From an uncultured Oscillospiraceae bacterium (lineage in GTDB: Bacteria > Bacillota > Clostridia > Oscillospirales > Oscillospiraceae), in assembly GCA_947624065.1 (NCBI GenBank), contig CANQIO010000001.1:7659-71658 (forward strand): a stretch of DNA of 64,000 nt, in the 5' to 3' direction. Positions 1-14,879 of this stretch are shown one piece after another (position 1 is the first letter of the stretch; each line of letters opens with the position of its first letter). The notes beneath the pieces were generated by a model that was not told the DNA's origin, searched no databases, and worked only from the letters and a program-made list of their open reading frames with translations. The translations under genes were made by a program, and so were the position numbers.

Positions 1-1741
1 GGATCTGGTTCAGCCGCAGCTTGTCGCCGACGATCCGCTCGGCGGGGGCGCCCTGGACGTGGATGGTGAAGCTCTGGTGCTTGGCCTTGGCCTGGGGCAT
101 GAGGATGATGTTCAGCTCCTCCAACACTTCGGGAAGGCTGAACTGATCCACGTTCAGGCTGGTCTTGCCGCTCTCGATCTTGGACATGTCCAGCACGTCG
201 TTGATCAGGCTCAGCAGATGGTGGCTGGAGGCGGTGATCTTGCGGGTATACTCCCGGACCTTGGCGGGATCGTCTGCGTCCTTTTCCAAAAGTGTGGAAA
301 ACCCGACGATGGCGTTCATGGGCGTGCGGATGTCGTGGGACATGTTGCTGAGGAAGTTGCTCTTGGCCTCGTTGGCGCTCTGGGCGGCATTGAGGGCCTC
401 CTGGAGCTTCTGGTTCATCTGCTGCTCCAGGGTCCGGTCGCTGAGGACGATGACATACTTATGTACGTCCTGGATGCTCATGTGGTACACGGTCATCCGG
501 TACCAGCGCCGCTCGCCGGTGTCCTGGTGCATATACTCGCATTCCCAATACCGGTTGCCGTTGAGAGGGATGGCGGCCAGCTCCTTCTCGGGGATCACCA
601 CGTCGTAATCCACGGCGCATTTTTCCATGACGCGGATGTTCTTCCGGGCCTCCTCGACCGGGATGCCGAGCAGGCGCTGGATATTGGGACTGATATAGTC
701 CACGTTCTGGTCACGGGCGTTGAGCATGATGAAGATGTCGTCCACACTGTTGGAGAGCACGTCGAACATCCGGTCCCGGTACTGCAGCTCCATCCGGTTG
801 AGGCGGGACACCTTCCGGTTACGCAGCAGGATCAGCGTGAGCGCCAGCGCCCCCACCAGCAGGAAGATCACGATCAGCACGTTCATGGTGGCCTTCTGCA
901 CCGACAGGAACCCGGCGCTGATGGCGCTCTGGGGCACCACGCTCAGTATGGTGTAGTCCTTATAGCCGATGGGCTGATAGAGGATGCAGTGGCTGACCCC
1001 GCCGATCTGGCACTGGAGCAGACCGGAGGTGCCGTTTTGCCAGTCGCTTTGGATGGCGCTCAGCGCCTGCTCGTCCAGATCGGAGGCGGCCCGCAGATAG
1101 ACGAGATAGTTGGCGAACACGTTCCCGCCGGTCTGCGTAGACAGCAGCACGCTGCCGTCGTCATGGATCACGAAGCATTTTGCCTTTCCGGAGAAAGCGT
1201 TCACGTTCAGAGAGCTGACAAGGTCCGCGTTCGTATAGCTGATGGCGATGGCGTCATAAGAGAAACCCTTATATTCCCCCGGCTGTACCGGGGCGGCGAA
1301 CACGGTGATCTCCTGCCCGCCGGGCAGCTTGGAGCCGGCCATGACGGGATCGGAAAGGTCGTCCCAGGCGCCGTCCAGCAAGATGCCGGCATCCTTCCCC
1401 TCGGCCGTCATGCAGGTCTGGTCCGCGGAGGACAGAAAATAAAAATCCGAGAACCGCCAATATTCCTTTTTCCTGGCGACAAAATCGCTGACCACCTGAT
1501 CGTCGGCTTCCGATACGAGCGTGAAATACTCGTTGCAGCTGTCCAGCAAGCCCCAGTTTCGGTCCAGGAAAGCGCCGAACGTCCGGTTCACCTGGCCGTA
1601 TATCTCCTCCAGGTGCCCGGTGCTGTCCTCATAGATTCGCAGAGAAATAAACCGGAAGTAGACGGCGCCGATCAGAACGACCGCGACGGCGACCGCTCCC
1701 ACCAGGACCGCCGGCAGGATTCTCCCAAAACGCTTTCTCAT
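1..1741 (-). CDS. Sensor histidine kinase, N-terminal part (TM, extracytoplasmic sensor, second TM, PAS-like region, HisKA H-box); the C-terminal ATPase part lies beyond the window start
   Basis: My own minus-strand translation from ATG at 1741 (RBS AAGGAGAA about 9 nt upstream) gives MRKRFGRILPAVLVGAVAVAVVLIGAVYF..., a second TM VLIVIFLLVGALALTLILL, and the H-box FLSNMSHDIRTPMNAIVGF. The frame stays open to position 1. It is absent from the ORF track because it runs off the edge. Confidence 0.85.
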   Translation of the reverse strand, partial: MRKRFGRILPAVLVGAVAVAVVLIGAVYFRFISLRIYEDSTGHLEEIYGQVNRTFGAFLDRNWGLLDSCNEYFTLVSEADDQVVSDFVARKKEYWRFSDFYFLSSADQTCMTAEGKDAGILLDGAWDDLSDPVMAGSKLPGGQEITVFAAPVQPGEYKGFSYDAIAISYTNADLVSSLNVNAFSGKAKCFVIHDDGSVLLSTQTGGNVFANYLVYLRAASDLDEQALSAIQSDWQNGTSGLLQCQIGGVSHCILYQPIGYKDYTILSVVPQSAISAGFLSVQKATMNVLIVIFLLVGALALTLILLRNRKVSRLNRMELQYRDRMFDVLSNSVDDIFIMLNARDQNVDYISPNIQRLLGIPVEEARKNIRVMEKCAVDYDVVIPEKELAAIPLNGNRYWECEYMHQDTGERRWYRMTVYHMSIQDVHKYVIVLSDRTLEQQMNQKLQEALNAAQSANEAKSNFLSNMSHDIRTPMNAIVGFSTLLEKDADDPAKVREYTRKITASSHHLLSLINDVLDMSKIESGKTSLNVDQFSLPEVLEELNIILMPQAKAKHQSFTIHVQGAPAERIVGDKLRLNQI

Positions 1742-1843
1742 CGAAGGACGTTCTCCTTGCTCTCGTAAAAGATTTGCTGATGACGCTTCCCCAAAAATAT
1801 TCTAACACGGAACCAAAAGGAAATCAATCACAGACAGGCGCAT

Positions 1844-2608
1844 TCATCCGAGAAGAGCCCGATATATGTCAAAATTCTCCTGGCTGTGGACCGTGAATAC
1901 CACGGACAGTTCCGGCTGCCGGCACGCCCGCACCGTCGATACGGCGATCTGTGCCGCCAGTTTCTTTGGGAAGCGGAACACCCCTGTGGAGATGCAGCAG
2001 AAGGCCACGCTCCGGACCCCGTTCTCCGCCGCCAGTTCCAGACAGGAGCGGTAGCAGCCGGCCAGCAGACGCACATCTTCTTCTGTCACGTCCCCCTCCA
2101 CGATGGGACCGACCGTGTGCAGGACATACCGGCAGGGCAGGTCATAGGCGGGGGTGATCTTCGCCCTGCCCGTTGGCTCCGGGTGCCCCTGCGCCGCCAT
2201 GAGCCGGGCACACTCCAGCCGCAGCTGGACGCCGGCATAGGTATGGATGCAGTTGTCGATGCAGTGATGCCCCGGCACATAGCAGCCGGTCATGCCGCTG
2301 TTCGCGGCGTTCACGATGGCGTCCACCGCCAGGGCGGTGATGTCCCCCTGCCAGAGGTACAGCCCCGGCTCCGCCGGGGTGAGGTCAGAGAGCGCCGTGA
2401 TCCCCTTCCGGGCGGTCTCCGCGCGCAGGTATTCGTCCTGCACCGCGAGAAAATCGTCCCCGATGGGGCCTGGGGCGCGGACGTTCATCAACGCCCGCAG
2501 GAGCCTTTTCTGATCTGCCGCGTCCGTCGGCACCCCGGCGGCGCTGTATCCCGGCCGCTCGGCCAGGAGCCTTTGGATGAGCCATTCCCTCCGGTCCCTT
2601 TGCGTCAT
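1844..2608 (-). CDS. Macrodomain protein (protein-ADP-ribose / O-acetyl-ADP-ribose hydrolase type) with an N-terminal extension of about 70 aa
   Basis: Macrodomain core motifs: GDITALAVDAIVNAANS, GCYVPGHHCIDNCIHTYAG (Cys/His-rich loop), YVLHTVGP, SVAFCCISTGVFRFP. RBS GGGAGGGG lies 6 nt upstream of the ATG. Confidence 0.85.
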   Translation of the reverse strand: MTQRDRREWLIQRLLAERPGYSAAGVPTDAADQKRLLRALMNVRAPGPIGDDFLAVQDEYLRAETARKGITALSDLTPAEPGLYLWQGDITALAVDAIVNAANSGMTGCYVPGHHCIDNCIHTYAGVQLRLECARLMAAQGHPEPTGRAKITPAYDLPCRYVLHTVGPIVEGDVTEEDVRLLAGCYRSCLELAAENGVRSVAFCCISTGVFRFPKKLAAQIAVSTVRACRQPELSVVFTVHSQENFDIYRALLG

Positions 2609-2727
2609 GTCCGTCCCCTCCCTGTCGTGCGGCTATTATAGCACACTTTTTCTGTTTTTCTATGATGCAAAGCGATATTCTTTCCGCACAACCCGCCGAT
2701 ATCGCGCAGAAAAAACGGCGATGCCCC

Positions 2728-2756
2728 TTGTCCGGGGACCGGTCGCGTGCTATAAT
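2728..2756 (+). promoter_or_regulatory. Putative sigma-A promoter of gdhA (-35 TTGTCC, 17-nt spacer, TG-extended -10 TATAAT)
   Basis: TTGTCC at 2728-2733 and TATAAT at 2751-2756 preceded by TGc, 39 nt upstream of the gdhA ATG. Confidence 0.45.
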
Positions 2757-2761
2757 ACTGA

Positions 2762-4144
<1,383 letters not shown>

Positions 4145-4171
4145 GCCGTGTAAAACAGCAGAGCTTCGCAA

Positions 4172-4207
4172 GGGAGACGCTTGAAAGAGCCGTCTCCCTT
4201 GTTTTTT
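4172..4207 (+). terminator. Rho-independent terminator after gdhA
   Basis: Stem GGGAGACG (4172-4179) pairs with CGTCTCCC (4191-4198), followed by TTGTTTTTT. Confidence 0.75.
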
Positions 4208-4274
4208 GGCCTCTCAGCCGCTGATACATCCAGCCCCGGTTGAGCTGCGGCCGCTGTGCTAACGCAGCGCGTTA

Positions 4275-4303
4275 TTGAAAAAAGCCCGGCGCGGCGATAT
4301 ATT
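4275..4303 (+). promoter_or_regulatory. Putative promoter of the XRE regulator gene (-35 TTGAAA, 17 nt, -10 TATATT)
   Basis: TTGAAA at 4275-4280 and TATATT at 4298-4303, 44 nt upstream of the ATG at 4347. Confidence 0.4.
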
Positions 4304-4346
4304 GAGAACACAGGGGTGCTCTTGAAGTATTATTGGAGGGATCGCA

Positions 4347-4874
4347 ATGGATATGGAAGCGGTCGGGCGCCAGATCTCCGGTCTGCGCCGGGCCAAGGGC
4401 ATGACGCAGGCGGAGCTGGGCGAGCGTCTGGGCGTCACTTTTCAGGCCGTCAGCAAGTGGGAGCGGGCAGAGACGCTGCCGGACACAGCCATCCTGCCGG
4501 ACCTGGCGGCAGTGCTGGAGACCACGGTGGACAACCTCCTCTCCGGCGGCCACCGGGCAGTTGCCTATGTCAGAAAGCTCACCGTGGAGGACCTGCGCCG
4601 GGCCATCCGGTGTCTGGACGACATGGGCAGGCTCTTGGGGCGGGACAGCCTCATCTATTTGGCTGCCGTGGAAGGGATCAACGCGCGCATGAACACGGAG
4701 ATACGGGACGCGTTCTCCGATAAGCACATCTTTGAGGTGTTCGTAGCCGAGGCGGCCCTTCAGAGCCTCACAGCCGGTGCGTACATGGATCCCACGGATG
4801 TGAAAAACGGTTTTGAGAGCGTAAAGCTCCGGAACATCGTGCTGCAAAAGTGCGCCGAGTGCGGGATAAAATAA
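4347..4874 (+). CDS. XRE-family HTH transcriptional regulator with an uncharacterised C-terminal domain
   Basis: N-terminus LRRAKGMTQAELGERLGVTFQAVSKWERAETLPD is a classic Cro/C1-type HTH. RBS GGAGGG is present. Confidence 0.8.
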   Translation: MDMEAVGRQISGLRRAKGMTQAELGERLGVTFQAVSKWERAETLPDTAILPDLAAVLETTVDNLLSGGHRAVAYVRKLTVEDLRRAIRCLDDMGRLLGRDSLIYLAAVEGINARMNTEIRDAFSDKHIFEVFVAEAALQSLTAGAYMDPTDVKNGFESVKLRNIVLQKCAECGIK

Positions 4875-4880
4875 GAAAAG

Positions 4881-4915
4881 CTCCGGACATGCCTGGCACG
4901 CCTGCATGTCCGGAG
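4881..4915. terminator. Hairpin between the convergent XRE gene and glpK (bidirectional terminator candidate)
   Basis: CTCCGGACATGC (4881-4892) pairs with GCATGTCCGGAG (4904-4915). An A-rich run upstream gives a U-tract for the minus-strand transcript. Confidence 0.6.
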
Positions 4916-4944
4916 TCATCTGCCTGTTTGCACCGGTGAGGGAC

Positions 4945-6444
<1,500 letters not shown>

Positions 6445-6554
6445 GGCAGCTGCCTCCTTATTGACGGACAAATGGGAGTATTGTAAAATGCTTATATCGA
6501 TTATACCATGTCGCGCGGTTCCGGCGCATGCCGGGAGCGCGGCCGGTAACTTTT

Positions 6555-6585
6555 GGTATAATAGCGGTCTCAACGCTATTATACC
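6555..6585. promoter_or_regulatory. Perfect 12-bp inverted repeat GGTATAATAGCG-N7-CGCTATTATACC overlapping the -10 of the hydrolase promoter
   Basis: Read directly. Each arm contains TGGTATAAT (one per strand). A third ATGGTATAAT copy lies on the minus strand at about 6497-6506 and faces glpK. Confidence 0.35.
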
Positions 6586-6605
6586 ATACGGGAGGGTGCT
6601 TTTCC

Positions 6606-7535
6606 ATGGTACGCGCAGACGAATTTACATTTCCCTCTACCGACGGCATACACGCCATCCGCGCCCGCCGCTGGACGCCGGACGGCCCCGTGCGCGCGGC
6701 GGTGCAGCTGGTCCACGGGGTGGCGGAGCACATCGACCGCTATGACGCGTTCGCCCGGTATCTGGCGGAGCACGGCTTCGCTGTGGCGGGCGACGACCAT
6801 CTGGGCCATGGAAAAAGCGCCGGGGACGAGTCCGAGCTGGGATGGTTCGCCGAGGATAAGGGCTGGGAGCACCTGACAGAGGACGAAAAGGTCCTGCGGG
6901 ACCGGATGAAGGAGGACTGGCCCGGCGTGCCGCTGATCCTGTTCGGCCACAGCATGGGCAGCTTCATCGCCCGGACCTATCTGGGCTGGCACCCGGCGGA
7001 CTTCGACGCCTGCGTGCTGTCCGGCACCGGCTGGCAGGGTCCTGCCATATGCACCCTGGGACGGTTCCTCTCCGGACGGGAGATCCGCCGCCACGGCAGC
7101 AAATACCGCAGCCCCACCCTGCAAAATGTCGCTTTCGGCGGGTATCTGAAGGGCATCGAGGCTCCCTCCAGCCCCAACGACTGGATCTGCCGGGACCCGG
7201 CGGTGGTCCAAGCCTATAACGCCGACCCCCTGTGCGGCTTCACCGCCACGGCGGGGCTCATGCACGACATGGCGGAGGGCCTCACCATCATCGGCGACGC
7301 CGCCCACCTGGCGAAGATGAAAAAGGACCTGCCGGTGCTGTTCGTCGCCGGAGCCAGGGACCCGGTGGGAAGCTTCGGCAAGGGCGTGGAGCGGACGGCC
7401 GCGGCATTCCGCAAGGCCGGGATGCATGACGTGACTGTGAAGCTCTATCCCGACGACCGGCACGAGATCCTCAACGAGCTGGATAAGGACAAGGTCTTTG
7501 CCGATGTCCTGGACTGGATGGAGCGGCAGCTGTAA
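6606..7535 (+). CDS. Alpha/beta hydrolase (lysophospholipase / monoacylglycerol-lipase-like)
   Basis: HGVAEH, the nucleophile elbow GHSMGS, and a C-terminal DRHEILNE (His of the triad). The start is set at ATG 6606 after RBS GGGAGG. Confidence 0.8.
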   Translation: MVRADEFTFPSTDGIHAIRARRWTPDGPVRAAVQLVHGVAEHIDRYDAFARYLAEHGFAVAGDDHLGHGKSAGDESELGWFAEDKGWEHLTEDEKVLRDRMKEDWPGVPLILFGHSMGSFIARTYLGWHPADFDACVLSGTGWQGPAICTLGRFLSGREIRRHGSKYRSPTLQNVAFGGYLKGIEAPSSPNDWICRDPAVVQAYNADPLCGFTATAGLMHDMAEGLTIIGDAAHLAKMKKDLPVLFVAGARDPVGSFGKGVERTAAAFRKAGMHDVTVKLYPDDRHEILNELDKDKVFADVLDWMERQL

Positions 7536-7547
7536 AAAGATGTGCAA

Positions 7548-7577
7548 GACCCGGGAGGCGCGGATGCCTCCCGGGTC
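7548..7577. terminator. Bidirectional terminator hairpin between the hydrolase gene and the mreB-like gene
   Basis: GACCCGGGAGGC-gcggat-GCCTCCCGGGTC, followed by ATTTTTA on the plus strand. Confidence 0.7.
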
Positions 7578-7581
7578 ATTT

Positions 7582-8613
7582 TTATGCTTTCATCTGACGG
7601 CGGCGGGCCAGGTTTATCATGCCCTCCTGCATATCGTTGAGGCTTTGGAGCATCCGTCCCGCGCCGTACGCGGTACAGCTGAGGGCGTCGTCTACCAACA
7701 GCGCCTCGATGCCGGTCTTTTCCGTGACCAGCTTGTCCAGGCCCCAGAGCTGGCTGCCGCCGCCGGACAGAACGATGCCGTTCTGGGACACGTCCCCCAC
7801 CAGCTCCGGCGGCGTGCGCTCCAGCACGGTGTGGATGGCCTCCATCAGCTGGGACATGGGCTCCTCCAGCGCCTCGATCATGTCGGCGGAGCTGACGGTG
7901 ACGCTCCGGGGCAGACCGGTCACCAAGCACCGGCCCTTCACCTCTTCATAGGTGACCTCCGGCCGGGGATGGACGCAGCCGATGGAGAGCTTCAGCTCCT
8001 CCGCCGTCCGGCTGCCGATGAGCAGGTTGTGCTTGCGGCGGATATAGCGGACGATGGCCTCGTCGAAGGACGCGCCGGCGGTCTTGATGGACTCCTGCTC
8101 CACCACCCCGCCCAGGGACACCACCGCCACCTCCGTGGTGCCGCCGCCGATGTCCACGACCATATGGCCGTCGGCCTTGGAGATGTCGATGCCGGCCCCG
8201 ACGGCCGTGGCGAGGGACGCCTCCTTCAAATAGACCTTCCGGGCGCCGGCCTCGATGGCCGCGTCGATGAGCGCGCGCTCCTCCACGCCCGTGATGGAGC
8301 CGGGGACGCAGATGAGCACCCGCGGCTTGAACAGGCTGAAGGAAGTGATGCGGCTGATGAACTCCTTGAGCATCTGGGCCGTCATATCATAGTCGGAGAT
8401 GACCCCCGCCACGATGGGGCTGATGGGCACGATGTTGGCCGGGGTCCGGCCCAGCATCTTCTTGGCCTCCTCCCCGATGCGCAGCAAGCGCCCGTTGGTG
8501 CTGTCCAGGGCCACAAGGGTGGACTCCCGCAGGCGTATGCCCCGGCCGCGCACATACATGAGCGTGGTCATGGTCCCCAGATCGATGGCGATGTCTCTCT
8601 CAAAAAACAGCAT
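7582..8613 (-). CDS. mreB: MreB/Mbl-family rod-shape actin homologue
   Basis: DIAIDLGTMTTLMYV, VVDIGGGTTEVAVVSLGG and IVLSGGGSQLWGLDKLV are actin-fold phosphate/adenosine motifs. The start at ATG 8613 follows AGGAGGAAGG. Confidence 0.9.
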   Translation of the reverse strand: MLFFERDIAIDLGTMTTLMYVRGRGIRLRESTLVALDSTNGRLLRIGEEAKKMLGRTPANIVPISPIVAGVISDYDMTAQMLKEFISRITSFSLFKPRVLICVPGSITGVEERALIDAAIEAGARKVYLKEASLATAVGAGIDISKADGHMVVDIGGGTTEVAVVSLGGVVEQESIKTAGASFDEAIVRYIRRKHNLLIGSRTAEELKLSIGCVHPRPEVTYEEVKGRCLVTGLPRSVTVSSADMIEALEEPMSQLMEAIHTVLERTPPELVGDVSQNGIVLSGGGSQLWGLDKLVTEKTGIEALLVDDALSCTAYGAGRMLQSLNDMQEGMINLARRRQMKA

Positions 8614-8624
8614 GGTCCTTCCTC

Positions 8625-9278
8625 CTAGCGCGTGCTGGCAAGGGTGGCGCACCGCACGTCCTCCGCTCCCGCCATGAGCAGCGTCTTGGCGCACTCTGAG
8701 AGCGTGGACCCGGTGGTCACGATATCGTCGATGATCAGTATCCGTTTTCCGGCAACGGCCGCCGGGTCGATGACCCGATAGGCCCCCGCGATGTTGGCTT
8801 TGCGTTTTTCCGGCGCGCCGGTGCCGGATTGGGGCTTCACGCCCCGGCGCTTTTTCAGCAATGGGACCGGTTCCCGCCGCAGACGCGCGCCCGCGTTTCG
8901 GGCCAGAAGCTCCGCCTGGTCATACCCGCGGCGGCGCTTTCGACCCGCGTCCAGGGGCACCCAGGTGAGGATGTCGTACTCCCCCTCCAGCTGCTCATAG
9001 ACGAGCGCGGCGATCAGCTCCCCAAAAAGCGGCGCGTATGCCTGGGCGCCGCCGAACTTATAGCGGTGGATGGCCTCCCGCACATCGCCCTCATAATAGA
9101 GGGCCGACACACACTCGGAGAAGAAATCTCCCCGCCGGCGGCGGCCGTCCTCCGTCCGGGGCAGTTTCTCCTCACAGGCGGGACATGCCCGGGGCTGTCC
9201 GGGCCCGATGAGCCGGCGGCAGAAAACGCACCGGGTGGGATAGACCAGATCCAGCAGCCAGTCCGTCAGCTTACCCAT
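8625..9278 (-). CDS. comFC: ComF-family protein (ComFC-like, phosphoribosyltransferase fold with an N-terminal zinc-finger-type Cys pairs)
   Basis: CVFC...CPAC Cys pairs at the N-terminus and the PRTase motif KRILIIDDIVTTGSTL. The start ATG at 9278 overlaps the recD2 stop by 8 nt. Confidence 0.85.
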   Translation of the reverse strand: MGKLTDWLLDLVYPTRCVFCRRLIGPGQPRACPACEEKLPRTEDGRRRRGDFFSECVSALYYEGDVREAIHRYKFGGAQAYAPLFGELIAALVYEQLEGEYDILTWVPLDAGRKRRRGYDQAELLARNAGARLRREPVPLLKKRRGVKPQSGTGAPEKRKANIAGAYRVIDPAAVAGKRILIIDDIVTTGSTLSECAKTLLMAGAEDVRCATLASTR

Positions 9279-11481
9279 CGTCCACCATCCGCAACCGCAG
9301 GCCGCTGTATCGCTTGGCCCGGCGGGCATTCTCGGTCATGACGCGGATCACCTCGTCGTCCCCCACGATCACCAAGAGCTCCGCCGCCCGTGTCACAGCC
9401 GTATAGAGCAGGCTCCTGTACATCAGCTGGGGCGCCGCCCGCACGGCGGACAGCACCACCGCCCGGTATTCGCTGCCCTGAGATTTGTGGACCGTGGTGG
9501 CCCAGGCGTGATCCAGCTCCGAGGCCTGCTCATAGACGTACTCCGCCCGGCGGCTGTCAAAGCAGATGACGAAGCTCTCCGCGGCGGGATCGATGGAATC
9601 GATATAGCCGATGTCCCCGTTGAACACGCCGTAGCCGCTCTCGCCGCTGTCGGCATGCCAGAGGATGTCATAGTCGTTGCGGACCTGCATGACGCGGTCG
9701 CCCTCCCGGAAGGTGCGGCCGGCAAAGGTGAATTCCGGCTTGCCTGCCGCCGGGGGGTTGAGGGCCTTCTGCAGGCGGCGGTTCAGCTCCTCTGTGCCCG
9801 CCGGGCCCTTTCGGGTGGGGGTCAGCACCTGGATCTGGTCGGAGGGGATGGACATGTTCCTGGGCAGCCGCTCCCGGCACAGCTCGATGATCGTCTCCGC
9901 CGCCGCATCCGGTTCCCGGCGGCGCAGGAAGAAAAAGTCACCCTTGTTGGCCCGCAGATCGGGGATCTCTCCCCGGTTGATCTGATGGGCGCCCACCACG
10001 ATCCGGCTGGCCTGCTTTTGGCGGAAGATCTCCGTCAGGCGCACCGTCTCGGCCACGCCGGAGCGGATCACGTCCCGGAACACCGCTCCGGGACCCACCG
10101 ACGGCAGCTGGTCCGCGTCCCCCACCAGCACCAGCCGGCAGGAGGGGCTGACGGCGGCCAATACGGCCCGCATCAGCGTCATGTCCACCATGGAGCACTC
10201 GTCCACGATGAGCGCTCCGCACCGGAGCCGGTCGGTCTCGCACTTGCGAAAGACGGTGCTGTCCGTCTCCGGGGAGAAGCTGGCCTCCAAAAGCCGGTGG
10301 ATGGTGGAGGCGTCCCGGCCGGTGAGGTCGCTCAGGCGCTTGGCCGCCTGGCCGGTGGGCGCGGCCAGCATGGTCTCCAGGCCCATGGCGTCGAACAGCG
10401 CCAGCACCGCCCGCACGGAGGTGGTCTTGCCGGTGCCGGGGCCGCCGGTGATGACCACCAGCCGCCGCGAGGCGGCCGCCTCCAGCGCCCTGCGCTGCAG
10501 CGGCGCGAAGCGGATGCCCTGTTCCGACTCGATCTTCTCGGCGATGCGCTCCACATTGACGCTGGCGGCCTCGGCCGGCTCCAGAGCCATCTCCCGCAGC
10601 CGCCGGGCCACATACACCTCCGCGGCGTAAAGGGGCGCCAGATAGCAGGCCGTCACGTTGGACACCGGCTCGCATACCACGTCCCCGGCGTCCAGCAGGA
10701 TGTCCAGCCCCTCGCCGATCTGCTCTGTCTCCACGCCGATGAGCTGGGCGGTGGCGGCGGTGAGCTTGTCCACCGGCAGGAAGCAGTGGCCGTTGTCGGC
10801 GTTGTGGCGCAGCTCAAACAGCAGCGCCGCCGCGATCCGCTGGGGAGAATCGGCCTCGATGCCGTTGGCCAGGGCCAGCGCGTCCGCCTCGGCAAAGGTG
10901 GCGCCGATCTGCACGCCCGCCAAAAGATAGGGGTTCTCCCGGACCATGTCCAGGGCGTCGTCCCCGTAGCAGCGGTACAGCCGCAGCGCCAGCAGCGGCA
11001 CGATGCCCGCCGCGCCCAGATATTCCATCAGGGAGCGCATGCCCGTCTGGTGGCGGAACGCCGCGCTCATCTGCTCCGCTTTTTCCCGGCTGATGCCCCG
11101 CAGCTCCGCCAGCTTTTCCGGGTGGTCATGGAGCACCTCCAGAGACGCGTCTCCGAACTTTCCCACGATCAGCGCCGCCGTGGCCGGGCCGATGCCCTTG
11201 ATGGTCCGGCTGGACAGATAGTCGAAGATGGCCGCCGCGCCGGTGGGCATGGTCCGCTCGGTATAGGCGGCTTTGAACTGCTCGCCGTGGGCGGCGTGGC
11301 GGGTCCACTCCCCCCACGCGGTCAGGCTCTCCCCCGGCGCCGCCAGGGGGATGCACCCCACGACGATGGCCTGGGAGCCGTCGTCCACATGCAGGCGCAA
11401 CACAGAATAGCCGTTGTCCTCATTGAAATAGATGACAGCGGCCACCTGGCCAGATATCCGTTCCAGCGGCTTTTCCTGCAT
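9271..11481 (-). CDS. recD2: RecD2-type SF1B ATP-dependent DNA helicase
   Basis: 736 aa. It has an N-terminal OB-like region, the HhH segment TIKGIGPATAALIV, Walker A VITGGPGTGKTT, Walker B LIVDECSMVD, and C-terminal TVHKSQGSEY. Confidence 0.9.
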   Translation of the reverse strand: MQEKPLERISGQVAAVIYFNEDNGYSVLRLHVDDGSQAIVVGCIPLAAPGESLTAWGEWTRHAAHGEQFKAAYTERTMPTGAAAIFDYLSSRTIKGIGPATAALIVGKFGDASLEVLHDHPEKLAELRGISREKAEQMSAAFRHQTGMRSLMEYLGAAGIVPLLALRLYRCYGDDALDMVRENPYLLAGVQIGATFAEADALALANGIEADSPQRIAAALLFELRHNADNGHCFLPVDKLTAATAQLIGVETEQIGEGLDILLDAGDVVCEPVSNVTACYLAPLYAAEVYVARRLREMALEPAEAASVNVERIAEKIESEQGIRFAPLQRRALEAAASRRLVVITGGPGTGKTTSVRAVLALFDAMGLETMLAAPTGQAAKRLSDLTGRDASTIHRLLEASFSPETDSTVFRKCETDRLRCGALIVDECSMVDMTLMRAVLAAVSPSCRLVLVGDADQLPSVGPGAVFRDVIRSGVAETVRLTEIFRQKQASRIVVGAHQINRGEIPDLRANKGDFFFLRRREPDAAAETIIELCRERLPRNMSIPSDQIQVLTPTRKGPAGTEELNRRLQKALNPPAAGKPEFTFAGRTFREGDRVMQVRNDYDILWHADSGESGYGVFNGDIGYIDSIDPAAESFVICFDSRRAEYVYEQASELDHAWATTVHKSQGSEYRAVVLSAVRAAPQLMYRSLLYTAVTRAAELLVIVGDDEVIRVMTENARRAKRYSGLRLRMVDDG

Positions 11482-11482
11482 A

Positions 11483-11964
11483 TCACACCAGCAGCTTGAT
11501 GACCCCGGCCGTGGCCAGGGACACGATCAGTCCCGCGATGAGCACGCCCAGCAGGATCGGCGGCAGCGCGCGCTTCATGCGCATGTTGAGCAGCGCGGCC
11601 ACCAGCGCCCCCGTCCAGGCGCCCGTGCCCGGCAGGGGCACCGCCACGAACAGCAGCAGCCCCCAAAACTGGGTCTGGCGGACACGCTGGGCCTTTTTGC
11701 CGGTGCCCTTCCGCTCCAGCCACGCTACGAAGCGCCGGGCATGGTCGGACTTCGTCCGCAGCCAGTCCATGAACGTGCGCACAAAGGCGATGATGAAGGG
11801 CACCGGCAGCAGGTTGCCGATCACGCTGATCAGCGCCGCCTGCCATACGGGCAGACCAAGACTCACCCCCACCGGGATCGCGCCTCGCAGCTCGATCACC
11901 GGGAGCATGGACACGATCAGCGTGGCCAGGGTCTCCCCCACGCCCATATTCGAGATCAGACTGG

Positions 11965-11974
<10 letters not shown>
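11483..11974 (-). CDS. Small integral membrane protein (COG2426 / 'small multidrug export'-like)
   Basis: 163 aa with about 4 TM segments. The motif [10 protein letters not shown] is typical of this family as I recall it. It overlaps the uvrA stop by 10 nt and ends 1 nt before the recD2 ATG. Confidence 0.6.
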
Positions 11975-14814
<2,840 letters not shown>

Positions 14815-14879
14815 GGGTTCTCCTCGCTGCGGGATGTCGTTAACGTCTTATTATACACTAGTCCCGGCACAAATTACAA

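Noticed and set aside
59-1768. A 569-aa plus-strand ORF at the window start
   Set aside because: The minus strand encodes a textbook sensor kinase (TM helices, H-box SHDIRTPMNAI) in a frame open to the window edge. The plus-strand product is repetitive G/L/V/H/D-rich sequence.
14815-14879. A LexA/SOS (Cheo-type CGAACnnnnGTTCG) box upstream of uvrA
   Set aside because: Only a plausible promoter (TTGTAA...TGTATAAT) is visible. There is no sequence with acceptable similarity to the Firmicute LexA box.
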